A stretch of 64,000 nucleotides of DNA from a virus. A program made the position numbers and the translations under genes. The notes beneath the pieces were generated by a model. It ran no database searches. It worked only from the letters and a program-made list of their open reading frames with translations, and was not told where the DNA came from. Below are positions 46,151 through 53,294 of the stretch, piece after piece (position 1 is the stretch's first letter; the number at the start of each line of letters is the position of its first letter). Where the stretch lies: the IMG/VR virus record IMGVR_UViG_3300037760_000114, positions 40,085 through 104,084 of that record; one strand, given 5' to 3'.

Positions 46151-46574
46151 AAGCCCAGCCCTGTCAAGCCATGCCGGGTCCGTGAGCGCCGGGGAGTCGA
46201 ACCCCGGTAGATGACCATCCGCTCGCCTGCTGCCCTTGCCTTGCCTTGCCGGTCCCCGCCTGTCCATGCCGCGCCGGACCTCGCCTATCCTTGCCGCGCG
46301 TGGGCGTCGCGGCCTCGAACCGCGATGGCTGCCAGCCGCCCGCCAACTCCCTGCCGTGCCTTGCCCTTCCGGGCCGGGGACTGCCAAGCCGAGCCGCGCC
46401 CAGCCGAGCCACTGCCCTGCTGTGCCGAGCCAATTCCAGCCGTGCGTGGGCGTCCGGGACTCGAACCCGGATGTTTGCCACCCGCCCGCCACCCCTGCCA
46501 ATCCCTGCCGAGCCGCGCCGATCCACGCCGTGCCCGTCCCGGCCGCGCCCAGCCGCGCCGTGGCCTGCCCAGCC
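46151..46574 (-). repeat. Upstream GG(C/T/A)-NN pentamer array: 4 tracts separated by 3 tRNA-like minihelices; probable ncRNA
   Basis: Tracts 46151-46175 (~5), 46236-46295 (12), 46346-46441 (~19), 46495-46574 (16); separators 46181-46224, 46296-46341, 46442-46487. Confidence 0.9.
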
Positions 46575-46577
46575 ATG

Positions 46578-46832
46578 TCATGCAGCCCTTCGCGCGCGGG
46601 CCGCAGCCGACTTGATCGCCAACCGAGAGAAGTAGGCCCGCTTCCGGGCATCCGCCATCAGCCGGGCGGTCTTGTCGTCCAAGTCGGGGTGCTCCGCCCG
46701 GACCTCCCGTAGCCAGCGGTCCTCGGCGGCCTTACGGGCGGCCTCGGTCGCGGCTGCCCGATCGATGGTCCTGCCCCACTTGACGAGGGCACCGAGGCGG
46801 CCGGCAGAGGCGTACCGGTTCGGGGTGCTCAT
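46578..46832 (-). CDS. Small basic hypothetical protein
   Basis: 84 aa, coupled to cro by an ATGA overlap. Confidence 0.6.
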   Translation of the reverse strand: MSTPNRYASAGRLGALVKWGRTIDRAAATEAARKAAEDRWLREVRAEHPDLDDKTARLMADARKRAYFSRLAIKSAAARARRAA

Positions 46833-47086
46833 GCCGCCACCGGATCTTCACCGTTCGACTGACGCAGCAGCAGTGCGCGGTCCCGCACGTGCAGCGCGTC
46901 GCAGATCCGGGCGAACAACTCCGGGGAGCAGGTCCGGTCGGGGCGGGTCTCCAGCATGCTGATGTACGGGGCGGAGCAGTTCACGGCTTCGGCCAGCCCC
47001 TTGACGCTGTATCCGGCGAGCTTGCGCAGCTCCCGCATCGCTGTGCCGTCGATCTCGGCGTTGGCGCTAACGTCATCCAACTTCAT
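46829..47086 (-). CDS. Cro-like XRE HTH regulator
   Basis: MRELRKLAGYSVKGLAEAVNCSAPYISMLET; divergent from the repressor. Confidence 0.85.
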   Translation of the reverse strand: MKLDDVSANAEIDGTAMRELRKLAGYSVKGLAEAVNCSAPYISMLETRPDRTCSPELFARICDALHVRDRALLLRQSNGEDPVAA

Positions 47087-47238
47087 AGGATCAAGTTACC
47101 GCTAGTTACCGTCAATTGCTAGGCGCTGTAGGTCATCCGTTCGGGTACTACCGCCTATATGATCCGACATTCGCCAACTAGCCGAGTCTGTACCGGAGGT
47201 AACTAGACAGAACGGGAGTTGACATGCATGATTAGCGC
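47087..47238. promoter_or_regulatory. Divergent immunity/switch region with operator-like repeats
   Basis: AGTTACCG twice (47094, 47104); inverted copy GGTAACTAG at 47198-47206; locally AT-rich. Confidence 0.6.
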
Positions 47239-47676
47239 GTGACCGAAGCGGCCAGGAGGCGGCTCGGCGACCACGTCCGAGACCGCCGCGTCGAGCTGGG
47301 GCTGCACATCAACGACGCCGCCGACGCGGCCGGCCTCAACCCCAAGACGTGGACGGCATTGGAGCGCGGCAGCCGCGCGACGCGCGACAGCAACTACCGC
47401 GACATCGAGCGGGTCCTTCGCTGGCGGCACGGCAGCGTCGTGCGCGCCCTCGAAGGACAAGCGCCGATACCCGTCGAGTCAGCGCCGCCACAGCTACAGC
47501 CGCCGGCTACGCCAACACCTGAGCTTCCCGACGACCTGCCCGAATGGGACCTACGCGCACAGGTGGCATGGGTGAAGAGGCAGCCCTGGCCAGCGACGGA
47601 CAAGCTGGCGATGATCCAGTACCTGTTCGAGCTGGACCAGCAGGCGGGCGGGACAGCGAGCCGGCTGGCCGGATAG
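47239..47676 (+). CDS. CI-like XRE repressor
   Basis: LGDHVRDRRVELGLHINDAADAAGLNPKTWTALERG. Confidence 0.8.
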   Translation: MTEAARRRLGDHVRDRRVELGLHINDAADAAGLNPKTWTALERGSRATRDSNYRDIERVLRWRHGSVVRALEGQAPIPVESAPPQLQPPATPTPELPDDLPEWDLRAQVAWVKRQPWPATDKLAMIQYLFELDQQAGGTASRLAG

Positions 47677-47758
47677 GTAACGCTGTAGCAGACAGCAGGA
47701 GATTATGTCGTTTCCGCACGTCACAGCCCTGCGTATAGGCTGGTCGCTACAGCGCGGC

Positions 47759-47811
47759 GAGCGCGAGAACTTCTAATCCCAAGGTCGTAGGTTCGATCCC
47801 TACCGGGCGCG
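47759..47811 (+). pseudogene. tRNA-Arg(TCT)-like 3' remnant between repressor and integrase
   Basis: Loop CTTCTAA and T-arm GTAGG-TTCGATC-CCTAC; no pairing 5' acceptor strand found. Confidence 0.55.
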
Positions 47812-47934
47812 CTTTCCCCAGCTAGAAGCACCTTTTTGGTCTCGGTTCGCCCGCCCGGCGGATGCCACAGAGCTACGGCAGCGGGGTATTCTGCGCCCGG
47901 AAGCTGAGCGCTGTAGCACCCTGGGAGGGCTGCC

Positions 47935-48822
47935 GTGGACCCGAACGACATGCACCTCGCCTCCTACCGCCGGCACCTGCGGGCCAAGAACCGCAGCCCC
48001 ACCACCATCGACGACTACCGCGACGCCCTGACCCGCCTGGCCGCCCACTACAACGGCGCCGACCTGGCCGGGCTCGACAACCGGCAGATCGGCGACTACC
48101 TCGGCTGGATGCTCGACTCCGGGCTCGCCGGCACCACCGTCGGAGTCCACTACCGGTCGCTGCGGGCCTTCTTCAACTGGGCGGTACGGGAGGAGATCAT
48201 CGACCGGTCACCGATGCGGGGTATGGAGCATCCCAAGACGACCGACAAGCCGCCGGAGGTGGTGCCCGATGACGAGATCCGGGCGCTGCTGAAGACGTGC
48301 GCCGGGGCCACCTTTGAGGCCCGCCGCGACAATGCGATCATCCGCCTGTGGTGTGAACCCGGCTCGCCTAGGGTTTCGGAGATGGCCGGGCTCGACCTTG
48401 GCGATCTCGACCTGAAACATGATCAGATCACGGTGCGGGGCAAGGGCGACAAGATCCGCACCGTGCCGTTCGGCGCCAGGACCGGCCAGGCCATCGACCG
48501 GTACCTGCGGGTCCGGGCCAAGCACCGCAGCGCCAAGCGGGACGAGTTGTGGCTCGGCAACCTTGGCGTGGGTCTGACCGCCTCGGGTCTGACGCAGATG
48601 CTGCGGCGCCGGTGCAAACGGGCCAGTGTGCCACACATGCATCCGCATCAGCTGCGGCACACCGCCGCCCACGCCTGGGCCGACGCCGGCGGCTCCGACC
48701 AGGACGCCATGCAGCTGTTCGGGTGGACCTCGCCGGAGATGCCCCGCCTGTACGGGCGGTCGGCCGGTGCCGAGCGGGCACGCCGTGCGGCTCGGCGTGC
48801 CTCGCTCGGCGACCGGTTCTAA
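47935..48822 (+). CDS. int: Tyrosine integrase/recombinase
   Basis: PRVSE, KGDK, HPHQLRHT, GW, Y; adjacent to the immunity region. Confidence 0.9.
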   Translation: MDPNDMHLASYRRHLRAKNRSPTTIDDYRDALTRLAAHYNGADLAGLDNRQIGDYLGWMLDSGLAGTTVGVHYRSLRAFFNWAVREEIIDRSPMRGMEHPKTTDKPPEVVPDDEIRALLKTCAGATFEARRDNAIIRLWCEPGSPRVSEMAGLDLGDLDLKHDQITVRGKGDKIRTVPFGARTGQAIDRYLRVRAKHRSAKRDELWLGNLGVGLTASGLTQMLRRRCKRASVPHMHPHQLRHTAAHAWADAGGSDQDAMQLFGWTSPEMPRLYGRSAGAERARRAARRASLGDRF

Positions 48823-49370
48823 CGTGCCGGGTGGGTCGGCCCGATGCTGCGGACGTTGCCGTTGCCGGCCACCGCCCCGGCCGCCTTCGCGGCACCCTCG
48901 ACCCAGCCGCGTTCAAACTCTTCATCCTTCTCGTCGACCCGCCGCTCCAGCGAGTCAAGCCTGCGGATCACGCCGCCGTGCAGCCCGGCCAGTTCCGCCC
49001 CGACCAGCTGAGCGCAGGTGGCGATCCGCGCCGCCACCTGCTCGCTGATCTCCCGCCGTAGCCGGCAGCCGACCCTGTGCACCTCGGTCACAACCACCCG
49101 CACCCCCCAGGCGCCGATCAGGCTGCCGCCGCCGAGGACAGCCAGCGTGATCGCGGCACCGAGCAGCAGCCCGGAGACGGCGCGGGCCGCGTCGCCGGCG
49201 GTGACGACGTAGAGGCAGGCGACCATAACGGCGAAGACGAGCAGCACCATGCCGCCGTAGCGGGCGAGTGCCGCCGCTTTCCGCCCGGTGAGTTCAGCCC
49301 GGGTGGGCTGCGGGGGTGGTGGGTCGGGTTCGCCGGTGCCGTCCAGCGCCGGCTCATGGATTGTGGACAT
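48819..49370 (-). CDS. Membrane protein with two transmembrane segments
   Basis: Two hydrophobic stretches followed by a coiled-coil tail. Confidence 0.55.
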   Translation of the reverse strand: MSTIHEPALDGTGEPDPPPPQPTRAELTGRKAAALARYGGMVLLVFAVMVACLYVVTAGDAARAVSGLLLGAAITLAVLGGGSLIGAWGVRVVVTEVHRVGCRLRREISEQVAARIATCAQLVGAELAGLHGGVIRRLDSLERRVDEKDEEFERGWVEGAAKAAGAVAGNGNVRSIGPTHPAR

Positions 49371-49646
49371 AGTGTGTTGCCTTCCCCTGGGTCCGCCATC
49401 GGCGGCCCGGTCGGTCGCGCGGCTGGTCTCGACGCGACCCCGACGGGCCGTTTTCTCCTCCTCTACACGGAGGTCCCCCCGTCCGGGACCTCCGTGTTGG
49501 CACACCCCCGCATGCTGCAATCCCCCGTAACAAGGTCAACGGACGGTACGTCGGGAGGGTGACGGACTGGGATGTCACGGAAACCGGTCGGCTACCCGAC
49601 AGATCCGGCGACGATCCGGGGTGTGTCGGCGGGGTGGGGCTGGCGG

Positions 49647-49823
49647 CTACGGCCTGAAGCGGGACAACTCGCTGTCGATCTCCCGCCGCGTCTGCCGCTC
49701 CTCGGCGCGCTTGGCCTGCCGACGGGTGCGCCCCTTGTCGGGGCAGTCCGGCCCGGGTGACAGCCGGCAGACGGGGCAGTGGGGCGGGTAGAGCCGGCCG
49801 AGTAGGCGGGTCACGGCGGTCAC
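49647..49823 (-). CDS. Small basic Cys-containing protein downstream of rtcB
   Basis: Manual translation MTAVTRLLGRLYPPHCPVCRLSPGPDCPDKGRTRRQAKRAEERQTRREIDSELSRFRP; starts right after the rtcB stop. Confidence 0.5.
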   Translation of the reverse strand: MTAVTRLLGRLYPPHCPVCRLSPGPDCPDKGRTRRQAKRAEERQTRREIDSELSRFRP

Positions 49824-49824
49824 A

Positions 49825-51024
49825 TCATCCCTTGACGCACACGACCTGCTTGAGGTGCGCTACCACCTCGACCAGGTCCCGCTGCTCGGCCATCACCTGA
49901 CCCAGGTCCTTGTACGCGGCGGGGATCTCGTCGACGACCCCGGCGTCCTTGCGGCACTCCACCCCGGCGGTCTGCTCGGCGAGGTCCTCCAGGGTGAAGC
50001 TGCGCTTGGCCTGACCGCGAGACATCCTGCGGCCAGCACCGTGCGACGCCGAGTTGTAGGCGTCCGGGTTACCCAACCCACGGACGACGTACGAGCCGGT
50101 GCCCATGCTGCCCGGGATGATCCCCAGCTCTCCGACGCCCGCCCGGATCGCACCCTTGCGGGTCACCAGCAGCTCTACACCGCCGTACGTCTCCTCGGCC
50201 ACGTAGTTGTGGTGGCATGAGATCGGCTCGTCGAAGCTGACCTGCGGCAGGTGGTCACGGACCACGCCGCAGAGCAGGGCCAGCATGACCGCCCGGTTGC
50301 GGGCGGCGAACTCCTGCGCCCACGCGAGGTCACGCCGGTAGGCGTCCATCTCCGGGGTGCCGGCGACGAACACGGCCAAGTCCCGGTCCGGCAGGTCGGC
50401 GTTGTGCGGTAGCCCGCGGGCTACCGTGATGTGGCGCTCGGCAAGCTCCTTGCCGATGTTGCGGGAGCCGGAGTGCAGCATCAGCCACACCCGGCCCGCA
50501 TCCGGCCCGCCCTGCTCGACGCAAAGTTCCGCAAAGTGGTTGCCGCCGCCAAGTGTTCCCATCTGGTGCTCGGCCCGACCCCGGAGCTTGCCCACATCGG
50601 CGCGCAGTTCGCCGAACCGGGACCAGAACCCCACCCAGCCCTTGCCGTCGAGGCCGGGCACACGACGCGGGTCGACAGCCGACTCATGCGACTGGAACCC
50701 GACCGGGATCGCCTCCTCGATCGCCGCCCGTAGCCGGCCGAGGTCGTCCGGCAGGTCGCTGTCCGTCAGCGAGGTACGGACGCAGCTCATGCCGCAGCCG
50801 ATGTCCACTCCGACCGCGGCCGGGGCCAACGCCTGCCGCATGGCGATCACCGACCCCACCGTCGCCCCCTTGCCGAAGTGCACATCGGGCATCACGGCGA
50901 CACCCTCCACCCACGGCAGGTTGCCGATGTTGCGTAGCTGCTGCTGAGCCTGCGGCTCGATGCCGGCGGGGTCGGTCCACACCCGTACGGGTGCGCGGGT
51001 GCCGGGCAGGGTGGTGTGGGGCAT
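49825..51024 (-). CDS. rtcB: RtcB RNA ligase
   Basis: MPDVHFGKG, VGVDIGCGM, GTLGGGNHF, LHSGSR, HHNY, RKGA, PGSMG, SHGAGR, DE.P.AYK; RBS GAAGGAG. Confidence 0.97.
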   Translation of the reverse strand: MPHTTLPGTRAPVRVWTDPAGIEPQAQQQLRNIGNLPWVEGVAVMPDVHFGKGATVGSVIAMRQALAPAAVGVDIGCGMSCVRTSLTDSDLPDDLGRLRAAIEEAIPVGFQSHESAVDPRRVPGLDGKGWVGFWSRFGELRADVGKLRGRAEHQMGTLGGGNHFAELCVEQGGPDAGRVWLMLHSGSRNIGKELAERHITVARGLPHNADLPDRDLAVFVAGTPEMDAYRRDLAWAQEFAARNRAVMLALLCGVVRDHLPQVSFDEPISCHHNYVAEETYGGVELLVTRKGAIRAGVGELGIIPGSMGTGSYVVRGLGNPDAYNSASHGAGRRMSRGQAKRSFTLEDLAEQTAGVECRKDAGVVDEIPAAYKDLGQVMAEQRDLVEVVAHLKQVVCVKG

Positions 51025-51148
51025 GGCAGTGCTCCTTCGGTCGTCTGCCAAGAGTCGCTGGTCTGAGTGTCGATCTCAGCGAGCCCGGGGTTATGAGTCC
51101 CGGGTGGGCACCGGCCCACCAGCGTGGTCCACACAGTGGATGGCATCG

Positions 51149-51219
51149 AGATCGCGGCCGGACTCGAACCGGCGTCTACCGCTTTGCAGGCGGTCCCCTG
51201 ACCACTCGGGCACGCGATC
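51149..51219 (-). tRNA. tRNA-Cys(GCA)
   Basis: Cloverleaf read by hand. Confidence 0.88.
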
Positions 51220-51224
51220 TTGTG

Positions 51225-51297
51225 TGTCCCCGGCTGGGTTCGAACCAGCGACCTCGGCCTTCGGAGGGCCGCGCGCTTCCGGCTGCGCCACGAGGAC
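51225..51297 (-). tRNA. tRNA-Arg(CCG)
   Basis: Cloverleaf read by hand. Confidence 0.88.
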
Positions 51298-51298
51298 A

Positions 51299-51385
51299 TG
51301 GTGCGGGTAGAGAGATTCGAACTCCCTGAGCGCATGCGCACCGGGGTTACAGCCCGGCTCACCTCACCATCGGTGACGTACCCGC
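51299..51385 (-). tRNA. tRNA-Tyr(GTA)
   Basis: Long variable arm; encoded CCA. Confidence 0.85.
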
Positions 51386-51386
51386 T

Positions 51387-51460
51387 TGGGGTGACTGGCC
51401 GGAGTTGAACCGGCATGTCCAGGGCCACAACCTGGCGCTCTACCATTGAGCTACAGCCAC
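51387..51460 (-). tRNA. tRNA-His(GTG)
   Basis: Cloverleaf; encoded CCA. Confidence 0.88.
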
Positions 51461-51462
51461 AG

Positions 51463-51534
51463 TGCCCGGTGGAGGTGTCGAACCTCCGGCCTTCTGCTTG
51501 TAAGGCAGACGCTCTCCCGTTGAGCTAACCGGGC
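51463..51534 (-). tRNA. tRNA-Val(TAC)
   Basis: Cloverleaf read by hand. Confidence 0.88.
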
Positions 51535-51539
51535 ATGGG

Positions 51540-51613
51540 TGCGCCGCCTGGGGATCGAACCCAGCGCGGCCAGTTGATAAGACTGGTCTCACCGACCAGG
51601 TGAGCTGCGGCGC
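51540..51613 (-). tRNA. tRNA-Ile(TAT)
   Basis: Anticodon arm CCAGT-CTTATCA-ACTGG. Confidence 0.72.
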
Positions 51614-51616
51614 ATC

Positions 51617-51700
51617 TGGCGGAGGGGGCGGGATTCGAACCCGCGAGGGTGTGACCCCTACGCCGCTTCCAACGGCGTTCCCGTGACCGCCGGCCCCTCC
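51617..51700 (-). tRNA. tRNA-Ser(GGA)
   Basis: Long variable arm; CCA. Confidence 0.82.
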
Positions 51701-51701
51701 A

Positions 51702-51775
51702 TGGCTCTCCCGGCTGGACTCGAACCAACATCGGCGGAGTAACAATCCGCTGTCCTACCATTGAACGACGGGAGA
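51702..51775 (-). tRNA. tRNA-Asn(GTT)
   Basis: Cloverleaf; CCA. Confidence 0.88.
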
Positions 51776-51779
51776 TCGG

Positions 51780-51853
51780 TAGCGCCGACGGGGCTCGAAC
51801 CCGCACCGTCTGGATTGAAAGTCCAGGGACCTGACCGATTAGTCTACGGCGCC
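51780..51853 (-). tRNA. tRNA-Glu(TTC)
   Basis: Cloverleaf read by hand. Confidence 0.88.
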
Positions 51854-51858
51854 TTGCG

Positions 51859-51932
51859 TGTTCCGACCTGGGTTCGAACCAGGGGCCTCCACCGTGTCGA
51901 GGTGGTGCTCTACCGGGCTGAGCTACCGGAAC
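51859..51932 (-). tRNA. tRNA-Val(GAC)
   Basis: Cloverleaf read by hand. Confidence 0.85.
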
Positions 51933-51933
51933 G

Positions 51934-52007
51934 TAGCGGGTGCCGGAATCGAACCGACCTGTCTCGGGTTATGAGCCCGTTGAGCACAACCAGTGCTCCT
52001 ACCCGCA
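51934..52007 (-). tRNA. tRNA-Met(CAT), initiator-like
   Basis: Three G-C pairs at the base of the anticodon stem; unpaired 1:72. Confidence 0.8.
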
Positions 52008-52008
52008 G

Positions 52009-52080
52009 TGCGCCGCCGAGGAATCGAACCCCGGACACTCCGCTTAAAAGGCGGCAGCTCTACCACTGAGCTAGCGGCGC
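52009..52080 (-). tRNA. tRNA-Lys(TTT)
   Basis: Cloverleaf read by hand. Confidence 0.88.
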
Positions 52081-52085
52081 ATGAG

Positions 52086-52244
52086 CGGCGGTGGAGTAGG
52101 CGTGTGGCGACGCCTCGTTCTTAAGCCGCAGACCAAGCGCCGTTCTCCGCCTCGCCTTCTTAGGGGCGACACATCACCCAGCTCCGGTCCTGCCAGCACG
52201 TTTAGGAGACCTGCCCTGGTACCCGGTTGCGGCCTCCACCGCCG
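52086..52244 (-). ncRNA. Unidentified ~160-nt structured RNA within the tRNA array
   Basis: 11-bp terminal stem CGGCGGTGGAG/CTCCACCGCCG; inner GCCGCA/TGCGGC helix and hairpins. Confidence 0.55.
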
Positions 52245-52246
52245 AG

Positions 52247-52318
52247 CCTCCCGCCCCCGATTCGAACGGGGACACCCGCTGTAGGAGAGCGGTGCTCTGT
52301 CCGTTGAGCTAGCGGGAG
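52247..52318 (-). tRNA. tRNA-Arg(CCT)
   Basis: Cloverleaf read by hand. Confidence 0.85.
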
Positions 52319-52319
52319 A

Positions 52320-52392
52320 TGGTGCGGCGCCCGAGAGTTGAACTCGGCCCGCTGGCCTTAGAAGGGCCGGCTGCGCATCCGGCGCGCGCCGC
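52320..52392 (-). tRNA. tRNA-Arg(TCT), short D arm
   Basis: Loop CTTCTAA; CCA. Confidence 0.75.
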
Positions 52393-52395
52393 ATG

Positions 52396-52469
52396 TGGTA
52401 CGCCGTGAAGGAATCGAACCTTCGTCCTCGGGGTAAGAGCCCGGAGCTAAACCACTCAGCTAACGGCGC
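52396..52469 (-). tRNA. tRNA-Lys(CTT)
   Basis: Cloverleaf; CCA. Confidence 0.85.
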
Positions 52470-52470
52470 G

Positions 52471-52554
52471 TGGAGGAGGGTAAGGGAGTCGAACTCTCGG
52501 GTGTCACCCCGGCACGGTTTTCGGGACCGCTTTGCCACCATGGCGCTACCCTCC
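52471..52554 (-). tRNA. tRNA-Ser(CGA)
   Basis: Long variable arm; CCA. Confidence 0.8.
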
Positions 52555-52559
52555 ATGAG

Positions 52560-52633
52560 TCGGGTGCGGGCGATTTGAACGCCCGGCCTCCGCGTCCCGA
52601 ACGCGGCGCTCCACCTAGCTGAGCTAGCACCCG
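52560..52633 (-). tRNA. tRNA-Pro(CGG)
   Basis: Cloverleaf read by hand. Confidence 0.88.
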
Positions 52634-52638
52634 TTGCG

Positions 52639-52712
52639 TACCCCCGACAGGACTCGAACCTGCCGCCTCCTGGTTCGTAGCCAGGTGCTCTATCCAGATG
52701 AGCTACGGGGGC
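52639..52712 (-). tRNA. tRNA-Arg(ACG)
   Basis: Cloverleaf read by hand. Confidence 0.9.
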
Positions 52713-52713
52713 A

Positions 52714-52789
52714 TGGTGGGCCACCCAGGAGTTGAACCTGGCGATGCCGACATATCAGATCGGTCTCGTCACCGGCTGAGTCGTGACCC
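52714..52789 (-). tRNA. tRNA-Ile(GAT)
   Basis: Cloverleaf; CCA. Confidence 0.8.
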
Positions 52790-52790
52790 G

Positions 52791-52872
52791 TGGTGGACCA
52801 TCCCGGAGTCGAACCGGGTTCCGCTGCCGTACCGTCATGCGGTCTTCGGCAGCGTCGAAACCTTCATGGCCC
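52791..52872 (-). ncRNA. Mini-tmRNA-like RNA (tRNA-like domain only)
   Basis: G3-U70 pair, A73, CCA; no D stem but GGTTTCGAC; helix GCTGCCG/CGGCAGC; T-arm TTCGACT. Confidence 0.7.
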
Positions 52873-52876
52873 TCGG

Positions 52877-52961
52877 CGGACAGTGAGGGATTCGAACCCC
52901 CGGTGGTTTCCCACTCCGCGCTAGCAACGCGGCGCCTTAAGCCGGGCTCGGCCAACTGTCC
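52877..52961 (-). tRNA. tRNA-Ser(GCT)
   Basis: Long variable arm. Confidence 0.87.
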
Positions 52962-53063
52962 TTGGGCGTTCGGCCTCTCCTACGACCCCCAACGGGATCG
53001 CGCACCCACATGGGGCTGCGATTGCAGCGCCTATCCCATAGCCGAACTAGTGGGTCCCTAGCG

Positions 53064-53137
53064 CGCCTCGTACGGGACTCGAACCCGTGCATCTCCTCCT
53101 TGACAGGGAGGCGTCCACTCCACTGGACCGACGAGGC
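53064..53137 (-). tRNA. tRNA-Asp(GTC)
   Basis: Cloverleaf read by hand. Confidence 0.88.
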
Positions 53138-53142
53138 ATACG

Positions 53143-53216
53143 TACCCGGGACACGATTCGAACGTGCACTGTGCTGGTTCTAAGCCAGCCGCCTCCTGCC
53201 GTTGGGCTACCCGGGC
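53143..53216 (-). tRNA. tRNA-Leu(TAG), short variable region
   Basis: Loop CTTAGAA. Confidence 0.82.
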
Positions 53217-53217
53217 A

Positions 53218-53293
53218 TGGTGGAGAAGAGCGGACTCGAACCGCTTGCCTCCGCTTTGCAAGAGCGGCGCTCTACCTGATGAGCTACATCCCC
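53218..53293 (-). tRNA. tRNA-Ala(TGC)
   Basis: G3-U70; CCA. Confidence 0.88.
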
Positions 53294-53294
53294 G

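Larger units (their letters stand above)
1..48822. mobile_element. Temperate siphovirus-like prophage arm (integrase, immunity, early/replication genes, packaging); continues past the left edge
   Basis: Gene order int, CI/Cro, early genes, HNH, TerS, TerL, portal; tightly packed minus-strand ORFs with ATGA/TGATG overlaps. The right att site was not identified. Confidence 0.9.

Noticed and set aside
45091-46487. Annotating the six minihelices as tRNA genes
   Set aside because: They have no D stem, anticodon arm or CCA, and are only about 45 nt long.
44991-46574. Calling the arrays a canonical CRISPR or a simple microsatellite
   Set aside because: The separators are conserved in structure but not identical in sequence, the 'spacers' have a strict 5-nt period, and no cas1/cas2 is present. 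The NN positions are too diverse for slippage repeats.
44991-46574. Self-targets of the NN strings within this window
   Set aside because: A gapped search cannot be done reliably by eye, so no target is claimed.
44970-46651. ORFs over the arrays (e.g. 44983-45279, 45131-45460, 46115-46651, and the N-terminal extension to 46218)
   Set aside because: The ARHG/PCRA-type peptides are by-products of a GC-rich 5-nt period. The RAMP gene has its own RBS at 46104.
48823-49646. attR location
   Set aside because: No direct repeat partner is visible in the window, so the boundary was left uncalled.
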